A stretch of DNA of 63,770 bases, filler included, from an uncultured bacterium (GTDB taxonomy: Bacteria > CAZDME01 > JAYEMH01), in the NCBI GenBank assembly GCA_964506785.1. It is 4 parts of 4 records of this genome, joined end to end, with 100 filler letters (N's around TTAATTAATTAA, not from the genome) between each part and the next. Parts side by side here need not be neighbours in the genome. Positions count along the whole stretch, not along the records: positions 18,820 to 37,077 come from CAZDME010000027.1; 3 more parts are not named here. One strand, 5' to 3'. A program made the position numbers and the translations under genes. Shown here one piece after another: positions 20,679 to 29,589 of this stretch (positions are counted from its first letter, which is position 1; every line of letters begins with the position of its first letter). The notes under the pieces were generated by a model. It ran no database searches. It saw only the letters and a list, made by a program, of their open reading frames with translations, and had not been told where the DNA came from.

Positions 20679-21356
20679 TTAACGCCGGCCTCTTAAAATG
20701 AAAAGGCGGATGAGCTGCATCGCCGCCATCGCCGTTGCCGCCACATAGGTAAGAGCCGCCGCCGATAAAACCTTCTTCACCCCTTCCTTTTCCTGGGCAA
20801 GAATGTAGCCGCGATTTTCCAGAACAACCAAAGCCCGGCTGCTGGCATTAAATTCAACCGGTAGGGTAACTACCTGAAAAATCAAGGCTCCGGTAAAAAA
20901 TAAAATGCCGACATCCATAAGAACGGGCGTTCTAAATAAAAACCCGATAAAGAAAAGAGGGAAAGCCAGGCTGCTGCCAAAGCTGGCTACCGGGAAAATT
21001 GCCTGCCTTATGTTCATTGGAACGTATCCGGACTTATGCTGAATAGCATGCCCGGTTTCATGAGCCGCCACTCCTATGGCCGCCAGAGAATCGCTCTCAT
21101 AAACCCCGGATGAAAGTCTTAATTTCTGTCCCCGGGGATCGTAATGGTCAGTAAGATTTCCGGCAATCTTCTCAACCGGGACATTGCTTAAACTATAGGA
21201 ATCCAGAAGGAGTCTGGCTACTTCCCTACCGGTTAATTTCCGCATAGAAGTCACCCGGGAATATTTTTTATAGGTATTTTTCATTTTTACCTGCGCCCAG
21301 ACGGCAAAAATCAAGGCCGGAATTAACAAAAAAAACGAAGGTCCGAAATATAACAT
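20679..21356 (-). CDS. YugP-like membrane zinc metallopeptidase
   Basis: LTDHYDP, AAHETGHAIQH, VEFNASSRA, AAALTYVA. Confidence 0.92.
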   Translation of the reverse strand: MLYFGPSFFLLIPALIFAVWAQVKMKNTYKKYSRVTSMRKLTGREVARLLLDSYSLSNVPVEKIAGNLTDHYDPRGQKLRLSSGVYESDSLAAIGVAAHETGHAIQHKSGYVPMNIRQAIFPVASFGSSLAFPLFFIGFLFRTPVLMDVGILFFTGALIFQVVTLPVEFNASSRALVVLENRGYILAQEKEGVKKVLSAAALTYVAATAMAAMQLIRLFILRGRR

Positions 21357-21389
21357 TTTTAAAACCTCCTCCAGAGAAATTAAGATACT

Positions 21390-22352
21390 TCATCCCAGTT
21401 TCATCCCGGGCTTTATCCCATGCCCCAGGCTAAAATCATAAGCGGCCAGGCTCTTGCCGCCGGAGGCCTGCACTTCCTTAATTAAAATCAGGCCCTTGCC
21501 GGTGGCCACTTTCCAGCCATCTTTGGATAAAGACGTAATTTCACCCGGTTTTACCCCTTGCGGATTTTTTCCATCGACCAAGGCTGTTTTCCAAATTTTA
21601 AAATTGGTTCTTCTACCGGTAAAAGTTATATAGGTATAAGCTCCCGGCCAGGGAATAGTTCCCCGGACTAAATTATGAATTTCTCCGGCTTCTTTACTCC
21701 AGGAAATCTCCCCGTCTTCTTTTTTTAAGTTGGGGGCAAAGCTTGCCTGGTTTTCATCCTGTTTATTAATCGCCACCTTATCTTCTTTAATTAAGCCTAA
21801 GACATCCCTTAAAGCCTCTCGGCCCAAAAGAGAAAGCTTTTCTTTTAAGATAAGGGCGTCATCATCCGGCAAAATCTCTGTTTCTTTTTGCAGAATTATT
21901 CCTCCCCGGTCTAATCTTTCCTCTATTTTCATTACCGTAACGCCGGTTTTTTCTTCCCCCTTTATAATCGCCCAATTGACCGGGGCCCCTCCCCGGTATT
22001 TAGGAAGTATCGAAGCGTGAATATTGATGCCTCCCCAGGATGGCACCTTTAAAAATTCCGGGCAAAGGATTTCGCCAAAAGCAACCACCACTAATAAATC
22101 CGGCTTAAGCTTAGCTATTTTTCCTATAAAAACCTTTTCTTTAACCGTCTCTGGCTGGAAAACCGGTAGATTATGCTTCCGGGCGAATAATTTAACTGGT
22201 GGAGCCGATAATTCTTTATGCCTTCCTTTAAGGGCATCCGGTTTGGTAATTACGCAAAGAAGATTCTCATCCGATTCAAGCAAGAATTCTAAACAGGGAA
22301 GAGCAAATTGCGGTGTCCCCAGAAAAACAATTCGTAACTGCCCCCTTTTCAT
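21390..22352 (-). CDS. fmt: Methionyl-tRNA formyltransferase
   Basis: VFLGTPQFA, INIHASILPKYRGGAP. Confidence 0.97.
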   Translation of the reverse strand: MKRGQLRIVFLGTPQFALPCLEFLLESDENLLCVITKPDALKGRHKELSAPPVKLFARKHNLPVFQPETVKEKVFIGKIAKLKPDLLVVVAFGEILCPEFLKVPSWGGINIHASILPKYRGGAPVNWAIIKGEEKTGVTVMKIEERLDRGGIILQKETEILPDDDALILKEKLSLLGREALRDVLGLIKEDKVAINKQDENQASFAPNLKKEDGEISWSKEAGEIHNLVRGTIPWPGAYTYITFTGRRTNFKIWKTALVDGKNPQGVKPGEITSLSKDGWKVATGKGLILIKEVQASGGKSLAAYDFSLGHGIKPGMKLG

Positions 22353-22531
22353 TCAATTCCAACCCTTGATTTTACCCCGGATAACCTTTATCTGCCCGGT
22401 TCAGTCCAACCAGCCTATTTTTCTCAATTATTCAGTATTATAGCATATATATAGCGCTGTGCAAACAAAAAACCCGTTAGACTAAATTGCTAACAGGTGT
22501 GGATAACAAAGATAAAAGGAACGTTACTTTA

Positions 22532-23320
22532 TTAATACTCTTTTAAAAATTTTTCTGCATAAAGAGGGGCTTTTAGAACCAATTCGATGTCCTCTTCTTT
22601 GAATAGAAATGGCTTAACTTGATTGGCTAAACGTTTTACTTCCCCTTCTGGCAATTTCCTGAAATATTCTAAAATAAGCTCCTTGGGCGAACCTTCTATT
22701 TTATTAGCGGCCAGCACACCCTTATTAAATGGAAACTGCCTTTTGAGCATAAACAAGGTATCATAAATATCTCTTCCTCTTTTCCTGTTAAAAAGGGCAG
22801 AGAGTTTCTCAGAAAGCAAATTCCCTTTGCCTAATAGAATAGAAGAAAAATTATACCCATATAGACTTAAAACATCAGATTCGATTTCAAGCTTCCATCG
22901 AGGTTTATAAACCTCGATTTTAATCATTAAATCCAACCCTCTTTTATCAGTAATCCCATATAACCTCATGAAATCTTCAAAATATAATTCAGCGACATAA
23001 AGATTGTTCTTTCTTTCAAATGAAACCTTTGGCACAAACCCTTCTTTCACTAATCCTTCCTCTATATGTTTTAAAATTTTTCCAAAATCTTTGAAATTTA
23101 AACCTGGCGTATCAAAATCTAAATCTTCCGAGAAACGCGGCATGTTATAAAAAAATCTCAAGGCTGTCCCACCCATAAAAAACATCGATTTGCCAAGATT
23201 TTGTTTATAGATACTGCTTAAAATTATTGTTTGGAGATACTCTCTCAAAATAGCCCTTTTTTTTAAAATAGGCAACCCATTATTTTCTGCCTCGGCTAAT
23301 AAATGCTCTAAACTCAACAT
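22532..23320 (-). CDS. abiEii: AbiEii-type nucleotidyltransferase toxin (type IV TA)
   Basis: FMGGTALRF, RFSEDLDF, EKLSAL..R..GRDIYD. Confidence 0.92.
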   Translation of the reverse strand: MLSLEHLLAEAENNGLPILKKRAILREYLQTIILSSIYKQNLGKSMFFMGGTALRFFYNMPRFSEDLDFDTPGLNFKDFGKILKHIEEGLVKEGFVPKVSFERKNNLYVAELYFEDFMRLYGITDKRGLDLMIKIEVYKPRWKLEIESDVLSLYGYNFSSILLGKGNLLSEKLSALFNRKRGRDIYDTLFMLKRQFPFNKGVLAANKIEGSPKELILEYFRKLPEGEVKRLANQVKPFLFKEEDIELVLKAPLYAEKFLKEY

Positions 23321-23943
23321 TTGACATATTCCTCACATTTCTTTAAGCACTCGTTTGTTTTTTTATTCAGGACTTCTGCGTAGTAAAAAGCTTTTTTCCA
23401 ATTTAACCCCTTTAAAATCTTTTTATTAAGGCGTTCTTCAGCAAAATTTAGCCGAAGGCCTGAACGCAAACGGTAATACAAAAAATCAACCAGGGCTTTT
23501 TCTTTATCGGCCATAGATATTTTAAACCCTTCATATAACAGCAGGCTATATCCAATGAAAGCTTTCTTCTTACATGTCCTATAAAAAAAAGCACCATATT
23601 TATTTTTAAACGTACGTGTCGGCCGGCTGGTTACTGAAGTAACCCCGGCAGCAATCCCTGGGATAATACTGTAAATAGAAAGTGCTGTTTCTAAAGAAAC
23701 ATAAGATGGTTCATATAGTCTGTTAGCCACATATAAATCCGGAATTTTCAATTCCGGGCTGTGGCCAGTAAACTCATACAAATTTCTTCTTAGCCTTACG
23801 AAATATCCCTTAGAAAGCCACCTGGTAAAATTATTCTTTATTGTTTTTTCTCTTTCCTCAGGGAATAGGTTTTTAAGATCTCCCAAAGTAAAAAGATACA
23901 TTTTGTGTCTTCTTAATGCCAAACTTAGCGAAACATAGTCCAT
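23314..23943 (-). CDS. abiEi: AbiEi-type antitoxin / transcriptional regulator
   Basis: RLRRNLY, PSYVSLETALS, EKALVDFLY; overlaps the toxin start. Confidence 0.9.
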   Translation of the reverse strand: MDYVSLSLALRRHKMYLFTLGDLKNLFPEEREKTIKNNFTRWLSKGYFVRLRRNLYEFTGHSPELKIPDLYVANRLYEPSYVSLETALSIYSIIPGIAAGVTSVTSRPTRTFKNKYGAFFYRTCKKKAFIGYSLLLYEGFKISMADKEKALVDFLYYRLRSGLRLNFAEERLNKKILKGLNWKKAFYYAEVLNKKTNECLKKCEEYVKC

Positions 23944-23981
23944 TTCATTTAATCCTCATTTTTAGTGACTTTCTGAAATAT

Positions 23982-24010
23982 AATATAGCTTATGAAAACC
24001 GCCCTGTCAA
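23982..24010 (-). promoter_or_regulatory. Sigma70 promoter for abiEi-abiEii
   Basis: TTGACA-17 bp-TATATT. Confidence 0.7.
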
Positions 24011-24020
24011 GAAAATTCTC

Positions 24021-24051
24021 AAAAAAAAGAAAAAGGGGTCAGGCCCCTTTT
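24021..24051 (-). terminator. Hairpin plus U tract downstream of the 1071-aa gene
   Basis: AAAAGGGG-TCAGG-CCCCTTTT followed on the minus strand by a long U run. Confidence 0.65.
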
Positions 24052-24110
24052 CCATAAAATTATCTAACGGGTTTTAAAAAACTCTCAATTAAAAATAATA
24101 CTTTTTTTAA

Positions 24111-27100
24111 TTAAAGCTTATCCATCACTTCCCGGTAAGAGTCAACTATTCCCTTAGCTTTTGCCCCTATTGGTTTCGAGTGAATAGTAAAGATATTTTT
24201 ATTATCGTTCCCAAAAGCAGTCAATAAACCTTTTCCATCATTGGTTAAAACGCCTTTCCCTGCTAAAGCCTTCAAGGCTACCAATAAAGCTAAATCTCCC
24301 TGATAAACACTATCTTTCCCATCTCCAATATTACAAAGAATCAGGATACAATCCCCTAAATCATCCTTTTTGTAATTATTTGCCTGCTTTCGCGGAGCAA
24401 GGAGCGCTATCTGCTCTACCCCTAATTTTTTCTTTACCTCGGCAACTAATCTTCCTAAATTCCCCCCGGAGACAACCAAATCAAATTGGCCTTTTAAATC
24501 GACTATACCCTTGGTGGCTTGACGAATGGCTTGGTATAAATCATCTTCTTTTTCTTTGCTACCTATAGCCAAAACAATTTTTAAACCTTCTATCTTCTCT
24601 TTATCTAACTGCTCGACAAGCTTCATTATAGCCAGGGCGGCCCCGGGATTATCCAGGAGAAGCGTGTCTTTAATGATAATCGCCCGTTTATTTTTTAAAT
24701 CCGTAAAATCATTAGCTTCTTTTTCATTCAACTCTATCATTTTTATATCAGGGAAACAATTAAAACAACTGGCCAAATATCTTCCCCGGACAAATTCCGC
24801 TTTTATTTCTTGCCCTTCAATGTCCTTTTCGGCCGCTAATCTGTCTCTCTTCTCTATTAATTCGCCTATCTTTTTATTTACCGCTTCATAATCTTCGCCA
24901 ATCATCGAACTCTGCAAAGTGATTATTTCTTCATTTATATTTTCTATCTCTTTATTTCTGGCTAATCGCTCTGCCGTTTTTGCCGCTGAATCTCCCGCCA
25001 TTATTAGAGTCCCCCCGCCTATCGGAGGCAAAATCCGCCTGGCTTCACCCCGGCCATATATTTTACGAATAACCGAAGGTAAATTGGATCTCCAAATCAT
25101 ACTTCCATTTGAATAAGGCACATATTCGTAATCATCTCCTATCCCTAAAAAACCAGAAAGTTCCGCTTCTATTTGGTTTTCTTCTTTTCCGGATTGAAAG
25201 CGCTCAAAAATTGGTGAAATCTTACTTTGCCTTACATAGATATTATTCGGATTGGCTTTCCCGAAAATCACCCCTCCATTTGTGCCGGGAAGGTAATCAA
25301 AATCCTCAAAGTTAACGGTTTTGCCATCTGTAAAATATTCTATCCCTAAATCCTCTCCTTTTACTTTCATATAAGGTGTCAGAAGAAAACCGGCTTCCGG
25401 ATGATACGCTCCATCGTCAAGCTTGGCATATTCAATCCGCAGGGAAGGTTCAAGCCTACTTTCATAAATGATTGGCCTGCCGGGGAGACGCTCATAATAT
25501 CTCCAGTCAACTAAAACAGTCTCTCCGTTTGGAAGAACCATCTTCTCCTCAGGCAATCTCTCTCCAGACTCCCCTTCATCGATAAAAGGTTCGTCAAAAC
25601 ACCCTTTATATTTTCCTTCGGATAGTCTTATTGATTTAATATAAGGCGCTTCTATTTTTCGAATCATCTCTCCATTAGTCCCAGGGATTTCTTCCCAGAC
25701 CTTATCATTAACCCGGCTGGGAGAAGGTATAAATACCTTCACCTCTCCTCCAGGACCAGGGAATTTTCTTTCCACCGCTTTACCGAAATAAAAATACCGG
25801 CCGGTTGAATATTCTTCAGAATTCGAAAATTCACCAGTGTCATCTCCCTCGTCCGTAAGCCCGGCAAATTCTGCCCCTACGGTGCGACCCGCGGAATTCA
25901 CCTTTTCTTTTCTTGCGATAGCTATTTCTTCCCTTAAATAATCCATTTCTTTGAAGGCCTCTTCCTTTCGATAAGTTGAATAATGCTCCGCATGCTTTCC
26001 TCTGACAACCTCATTATAACCAGAGAGCATTCCTTCAAGGGCGGCTATCTGGACATCAATTTTTTCCTCCCTGGTTAAAATTACCGGGTAGGCAACTTTC
26101 CCGGATGCTTCGGTTAAAATCTCTTTCTCCTTCTTGAGACGTTCTACTTCCTTTGTTAAGGCAGCTACCTTTTCAGCAATATCTTTTTTCAGCCAATCTG
26201 TCAGATCAGAAGACTTCTCTGATATTCTTTCTATAACCGATTTTTCAGCCTCCAGCCGGGTAATTTGAAGATTTATTTCCTCCATCGCTATTGGTTTTCC
26301 AACCATTTTAAGCCCAACTTTATCCACTCCGCCTAATAGAGGGGCAGGTTTACACCTTTCATCAATTTCCTCTCCTATAATAGAAGCCCATTGCTCTCTT
26401 ATTATAGTATCTAAGTATTCTTCACTAAGTGAATCATCCATAGTAGGCATAATAGTAGGATGTATAAATACAATTTTCACACCGGGATACATTTCCCTTA
26501 TTTGCGCTATTTGCTTTACCACAGGAATAAGACTAAGTAAATCCACTGAGATTTTCGCTTTAGCGGCACTTTTTTTTATCTCTTCGTTTCCTGGTTCTGG
26601 TAGTTTTCCCGCTACTTTGTCCACACCCGCTACAAATTTCTCTCTCATTTCTTTTGTATCTTCAGAAACCGCTAAATGAAATATTAATACATTTGAGGCG
26701 GTCTTGCTAATCTCTTCTTCTATAGAATCGATATCGAGTTCACCAGAATGGGAGAACAAATGGAGTTCTTCTAATAATTTATTATCCCCAAAGAGCGAAA
26801 CTATATCTTTTGCTATTTTAGGTGGTGTCTCAGCCTGACGACAATCAACCACTAGAAAGCCATTTTTTGGCACCTTCGCCCTACCCTGCCAATCAGCTAT
26901 CCCCCCGCCTTCAAAATGAAAATTTCCATCTTTTTTTACTCTTGATATAATAATACTGGGATTACCCTTCTCCTGAAGTCGGTTCCCTTCTATAATTTCG
27001 AACCTTTCTTTTATTTCTTCATAACCGATTTTCTCTTCATGTCCATCAGCATAAACAAGCGTTATCCCCTCTTTAAGTTGTTGTTCAAATTCCTCTAAAA

Positions 27101-27326
27101 GCTCTCTTTGAGCAAGTGCTCCCTGGCGCCTATTTATCACCGCAGCAAACCCTCTGGGATTTTCTGGATTTTCGTCAAATGCGGACCCTCTTAAATACCT
27201 TTCTCCCTCAGATACATTTCCCAAAGCCGGATAAGCCACGGCAGAAGAGGTAAAAACAAAAGTCTGGATAACTATCAAACTGATAACTTTAAACATCAAG
27301 CTTCTTTTAAAATTTTGTTTAGACAT
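24111..27326 (-). CDS. Large secreted hypothetical protein with internal repeats (1071 aa)
   Basis: Signal peptide (KVISLIVIQTFVFTSSAVA), AGGAG RBS, repeated PG(T/S)NG and coiled-coil motifs. Confidence 0.85.
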   Translation of the reverse strand: MSKQNFKRSLMFKVISLIVIQTFVFTSSAVAYPALGNVSEGERYLRGSAFDENPENPRGFAAVINRRQGALAQRELLEEFEQQLKEGITLVYADGHEEKIGYEEIKERFEIIEGNRLQEKGNPSIIISRVKKDGNFHFEGGGIADWQGRAKVPKNGFLVVDCRQAETPPKIAKDIVSLFGDNKLLEELHLFSHSGELDIDSIEEEISKTASNVLIFHLAVSEDTKEMREKFVAGVDKVAGKLPEPGNEEIKKSAAKAKISVDLLSLIPVVKQIAQIREMYPGVKIVFIHPTIMPTMDDSLSEEYLDTIIREQWASIIGEEIDERCKPAPLLGGVDKVGLKMVGKPIAMEEINLQITRLEAEKSVIERISEKSSDLTDWLKKDIAEKVAALTKEVERLKKEKEILTEASGKVAYPVILTREEKIDVQIAALEGMLSGYNEVVRGKHAEHYSTYRKEEAFKEMDYLREEIAIARKEKVNSAGRTVGAEFAGLTDEGDDTGEFSNSEEYSTGRYFYFGKAVERKFPGPGGEVKVFIPSPSRVNDKVWEEIPGTNGEMIRKIEAPYIKSIRLSEGKYKGCFDEPFIDEGESGERLPEEKMVLPNGETVLVDWRYYERLPGRPIIYESRLEPSLRIEYAKLDDGAYHPEAGFLLTPYMKVKGEDLGIEYFTDGKTVNFEDFDYLPGTNGGVIFGKANPNNIYVRQSKISPIFERFQSGKEENQIEAELSGFLGIGDDYEYVPYSNGSMIWRSNLPSVIRKIYGRGEARRILPPIGGGTLIMAGDSAAKTAERLARNKEIENINEEIITLQSSMIGEDYEAVNKKIGELIEKRDRLAAEKDIEGQEIKAEFVRGRYLASCFNCFPDIKMIELNEKEANDFTDLKNKRAIIIKDTLLLDNPGAALAIMKLVEQLDKEKIEGLKIVLAIGSKEKEDDLYQAIRQATKGIVDLKGQFDLVVSGGNLGRLVAEVKKKLGVEQIALLAPRKQANNYKKDDLGDCILILCNIGDGKDSVYQGDLALLVALKALAGKGVLTNDGKGLLTAFGNDNKNIFTIHSKPIGAKAKGIVDSYREVMDKL

Positions 27327-27389
27327 CTTTAATCTCCTATTTGCATATCGTCATTTCTAAACCGCAGATTATCGCTTATAGTTTTTTAA

Positions 27390-27524
27390 ACCCACCACCT
27401 ATAACCTATTACCTATTTTTTCACCTATTATCTACAACCTACTACCTGTTTTTTTCTCCTATTACCTACTACCTATGACCTATCACCTATTTCCTATTAC
27501 CTACCACCTATCGCCTATTATTAC
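27390..27524. repeat. Degenerate heptamer tandem array (ACCTAYN)
   Basis: Many acctatt/acctact/acctatg/acctatc units filling the intergenic space. Confidence 0.75.
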
Positions 27525-29195
27525 TTATTCTTCTCCCAGCGGCCTTCTGTTTTTCAAAACAGAAATATAAAGGTCGTGGTTTGAAGCCTCGGTTATTTTG
27601 GGGGCAACCACCACATAAGAAAAATCCTTTTCCTTAAGCATCCGGGTAAGCTGCGGGGTATGAAATCCCCCGGCAATGAGAACCGCCATTGACTCCCCAT
27701 CTTCTTCCATCTTGGCCAGACTATTTTCAATTAAGGCCGCATCTCTTTTGAGAGCCGCCTGATAATAGCTTTCCAGGGTGGAAAGATTATTATCAATCAG
27801 GGCGGCATCAATCGCCTCTTTCTTTAGTTTGTATTTTCCTGCTTTGTCGTTTAAAAAATTCATCCAGTCAGAAAGGCGAATTTTTGCTTTATTAATTTGG
27901 TAAATTTCGTATTCATCCGGGGTCATCTGTAGATTAATTAAATTGGTAAGCAGGCCGACATTTTCCGAGATTTCGGAAAGCTTTCTCTCATCATTATTTT
28001 TGAAAAGTTTCTTTTTTATCACTTCTTCCACTCCGCTTACTTCTTTTATCAGCTCGATTCCGTCAATCCGGTCGCTCAGCTCTAAATAAATAAGGTATTT
28101 ATATAAATGCGGGTAGGATTTGAGGTTAATATGACTGTTTTGAGCCAATCTCTTTAAAAAAAGGTAATAATCTTGCGATTCAATCTTCTCCAGTTGAAAC
28201 CTGGCACTTTGGGCGAGAAGCTTTTTTAGTTTCTTCTCCGGAAGCACTTCGGTAAGTCTGGTTACGAGGTTCTTGGCATCGGTAATAATCTCCTCATTCT
28301 TAATGTTTTTCTCAAAAGCGGCTGCCTTGATGAAGGCTTTAAAATTAGGAAAGGAACTAAGGTCGGCGCCAAGTTCCTTGGCTGAGTTCTCAAGATATTG
28401 GTAATAATCAGTGATGGAAAGTTTCTCTTCTTCGTAGGCATCTTTTTTCTCCTCTAAGGCAATTAAGTCTTTGTTATAAATATATTTCTTTAGATTATCG
28501 GCTAATCTTTGTATATATGAGCTTTCCTCAAGGGCCTTCTCCTGGAAAGAATCCACCTTCCAGAAAGTATCCAGATGGGCATTGTAGAGTTCATCTGTTT
28601 CTACCCCGTAAAGGCTGAATTCCAAATCAGAGATAATATCCAGATATTCCTCTCCGGCAATCTCGCCCTTTTTAAGATATTCCTCCGCCACCTCTTCCCT
28701 GAGTTCCTGAGTGCCGTAATCTCTGAGATATGACAGGCTGACATCGCCGCTTCCTCCTTCAACTAAAATTAGTTTCACGCCCCGGTTTCTGATAAGGTTC
28801 TTCAGCATCTCAGCCGCTTTCTTTTGGGCATCATAATGACAGTGGGCGTCTTGAATATGGATAATCAGCTTTTTTTGCTTACCTTGATAAGATTCCTGGA
28901 TTTTACCCAGTTCCGGAGAAATTTTAATCTGGGAAGGATAATAGAATTTTTTGGCTGTTTTTTCCGCCAGGAGGGCTGATTTCGGCTTAACTTCTTTCTT
29001 CTCCGAAACAACCTCTCTCATCCATTGAGGTTTGGAGAAAATGCTTTTGGCCTTTGGGGTACCCAGAGCCGGCTGGATATTTATTGCCAGTATAAAAAGA
29101 AAGCTTAAAAGGCTCGAAAAAAGCTTAATTAAACTCTCTTTCCGACTGCTCTCTTTATAGCTACCCATTGGGTAGAAAAGCTTATGTCTCTTCAT
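27525..29195 (-). CDS. Secreted 'HIQDAH' domain protein, TIKI/TraB/ChaN/EreA-like fold (putative)
   Basis: Signal-like segment; IIHIQDAH...AQ, LILVEG, KRD..L..N, LIAGGFH motif series. Confidence 0.6.
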   Translation of the reverse strand: MKRHKLFYPMGSYKESSRKESLIKLFSSLLSFLFILAINIQPALGTPKAKSIFSKPQWMREVVSEKKEVKPKSALLAEKTAKKFYYPSQIKISPELGKIQESYQGKQKKLIIHIQDAHCHYDAQKKAAEMLKNLIRNRGVKLILVEGGSGDVSLSYLRDYGTQELREEVAEEYLKKGEIAGEEYLDIISDLEFSLYGVETDELYNAHLDTFWKVDSFQEKALEESSYIQRLADNLKKYIYNKDLIALEEKKDAYEEEKLSITDYYQYLENSAKELGADLSSFPNFKAFIKAAAFEKNIKNEEIITDAKNLVTRLTEVLPEKKLKKLLAQSARFQLEKIESQDYYLFLKRLAQNSHINLKSYPHLYKYLIYLELSDRIDGIELIKEVSGVEEVIKKKLFKNNDERKLSEISENVGLLTNLINLQMTPDEYEIYQINKAKIRLSDWMNFLNDKAGKYKLKKEAIDAALIDNNLSTLESYYQAALKRDAALIENSLAKMEEDGESMAVLIAGGFHTPQLTRMLKEKDFSYVVVAPKITEASNHDLYISVLKNRRPLGEE

Positions 29196-29213
29196 TGTTT
29201 CACCCCCATGTAT

Positions 29214-29290
29214 AAAAAAACCGGATTACCTTTACTTTTAGCAGCCCGATTTCATAAAAAAATCGGGCTACCATCTTTTCGGTAACCCGG
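29214..29290 (-). terminator. Riboswitch expression-platform terminator
   Basis: CCGGGTTACC (aptamer 3' strand) pairs with GGTAATCCGG, followed by U7. Confidence 0.7.
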
Positions 29291-29386
29291 CTGTCCTTCG
29301 ATTCCTCGCTTCGGCTTAACTCAACCGAAACATTCAGGACCCGTTGGTTTTGCGCCCCCCTTCATAAGAGGGTTGCCCTTTCGAAG
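29278..29386 (-). ncRNA. c-di-GMP-I (GEMM) riboswitch
   Basis: Minus strand: CGAAAGGGCAACCC...GGGCGCAAAACC..CGGGTCC...GGACAGCCGGGTTACCGA matches the GEMM-I consensus; lies between promoter and CDS. Confidence 0.88.
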
Positions 29387-29402
29387 ACTTAAATTCAAAA
29401 GA

Positions 29403-29431
29403 AGTATAACACATAAAATCCCCTTTGTCAA
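29403..29431 (-). promoter_or_regulatory. Sigma70 promoter upstream of the riboswitch
   Basis: TTGACA-17 bp-TATACT. Confidence 0.8.
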
Positions 29432-29444
29432 ATTTTCTGACTAG

Positions 29445-29516
29445 GGTATACCATTTTTATTTGCTTTTCAAAGAACTTTTATTCTTAAAGAAGTGCCCAA
29501 CATGTTTTGCACTATC
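29445..29516 (-). repeat. Solo copy of the IS256-like left end
   Basis: 29451-29490 identical to 471-510; similarity continues to CACTATC with a 3-bp indel and a few mismatches. Confidence 0.8.
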
Positions 29517-29550
29517 ATTTTCTATATACCCCACCACTATTTTAAAGAGC

Positions 29551-29579
29551 TTGACTTATCTATCATAATAAAGTAAACT
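29551..29579 (+). promoter_or_regulatory. Putative sigma70 promoter for the SGNH-TPR gene
   Basis: TTGACT-17 bp-TAAACT, 10 nt before ATG 29590. Confidence 0.55.
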
Positions 29580-29589
29580 TTTGCCTGCA

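Larger units (their letters stand above)
22469..24075. mobile_element. Putative non-autonomous cassette carrying AbiE, bounded by 13-bp inverted repeats
   Basis: AAAACCCGTTAGA at 22469-22481 and TCTAACGGGTTTT at 24063-24075; same core as the folK insert ends. Confidence 0.5.

Noticed and set aside
22498..22506. Perfect DnaA box (TGTGGATAA)
   Set aside because: Single copy, with no box cluster or dnaA context to suggest an origin.
27390..27524. Possible CRISPR array
   Set aside because: Units are 7-nt degenerate tandem repeats without spacers; no cas genes.
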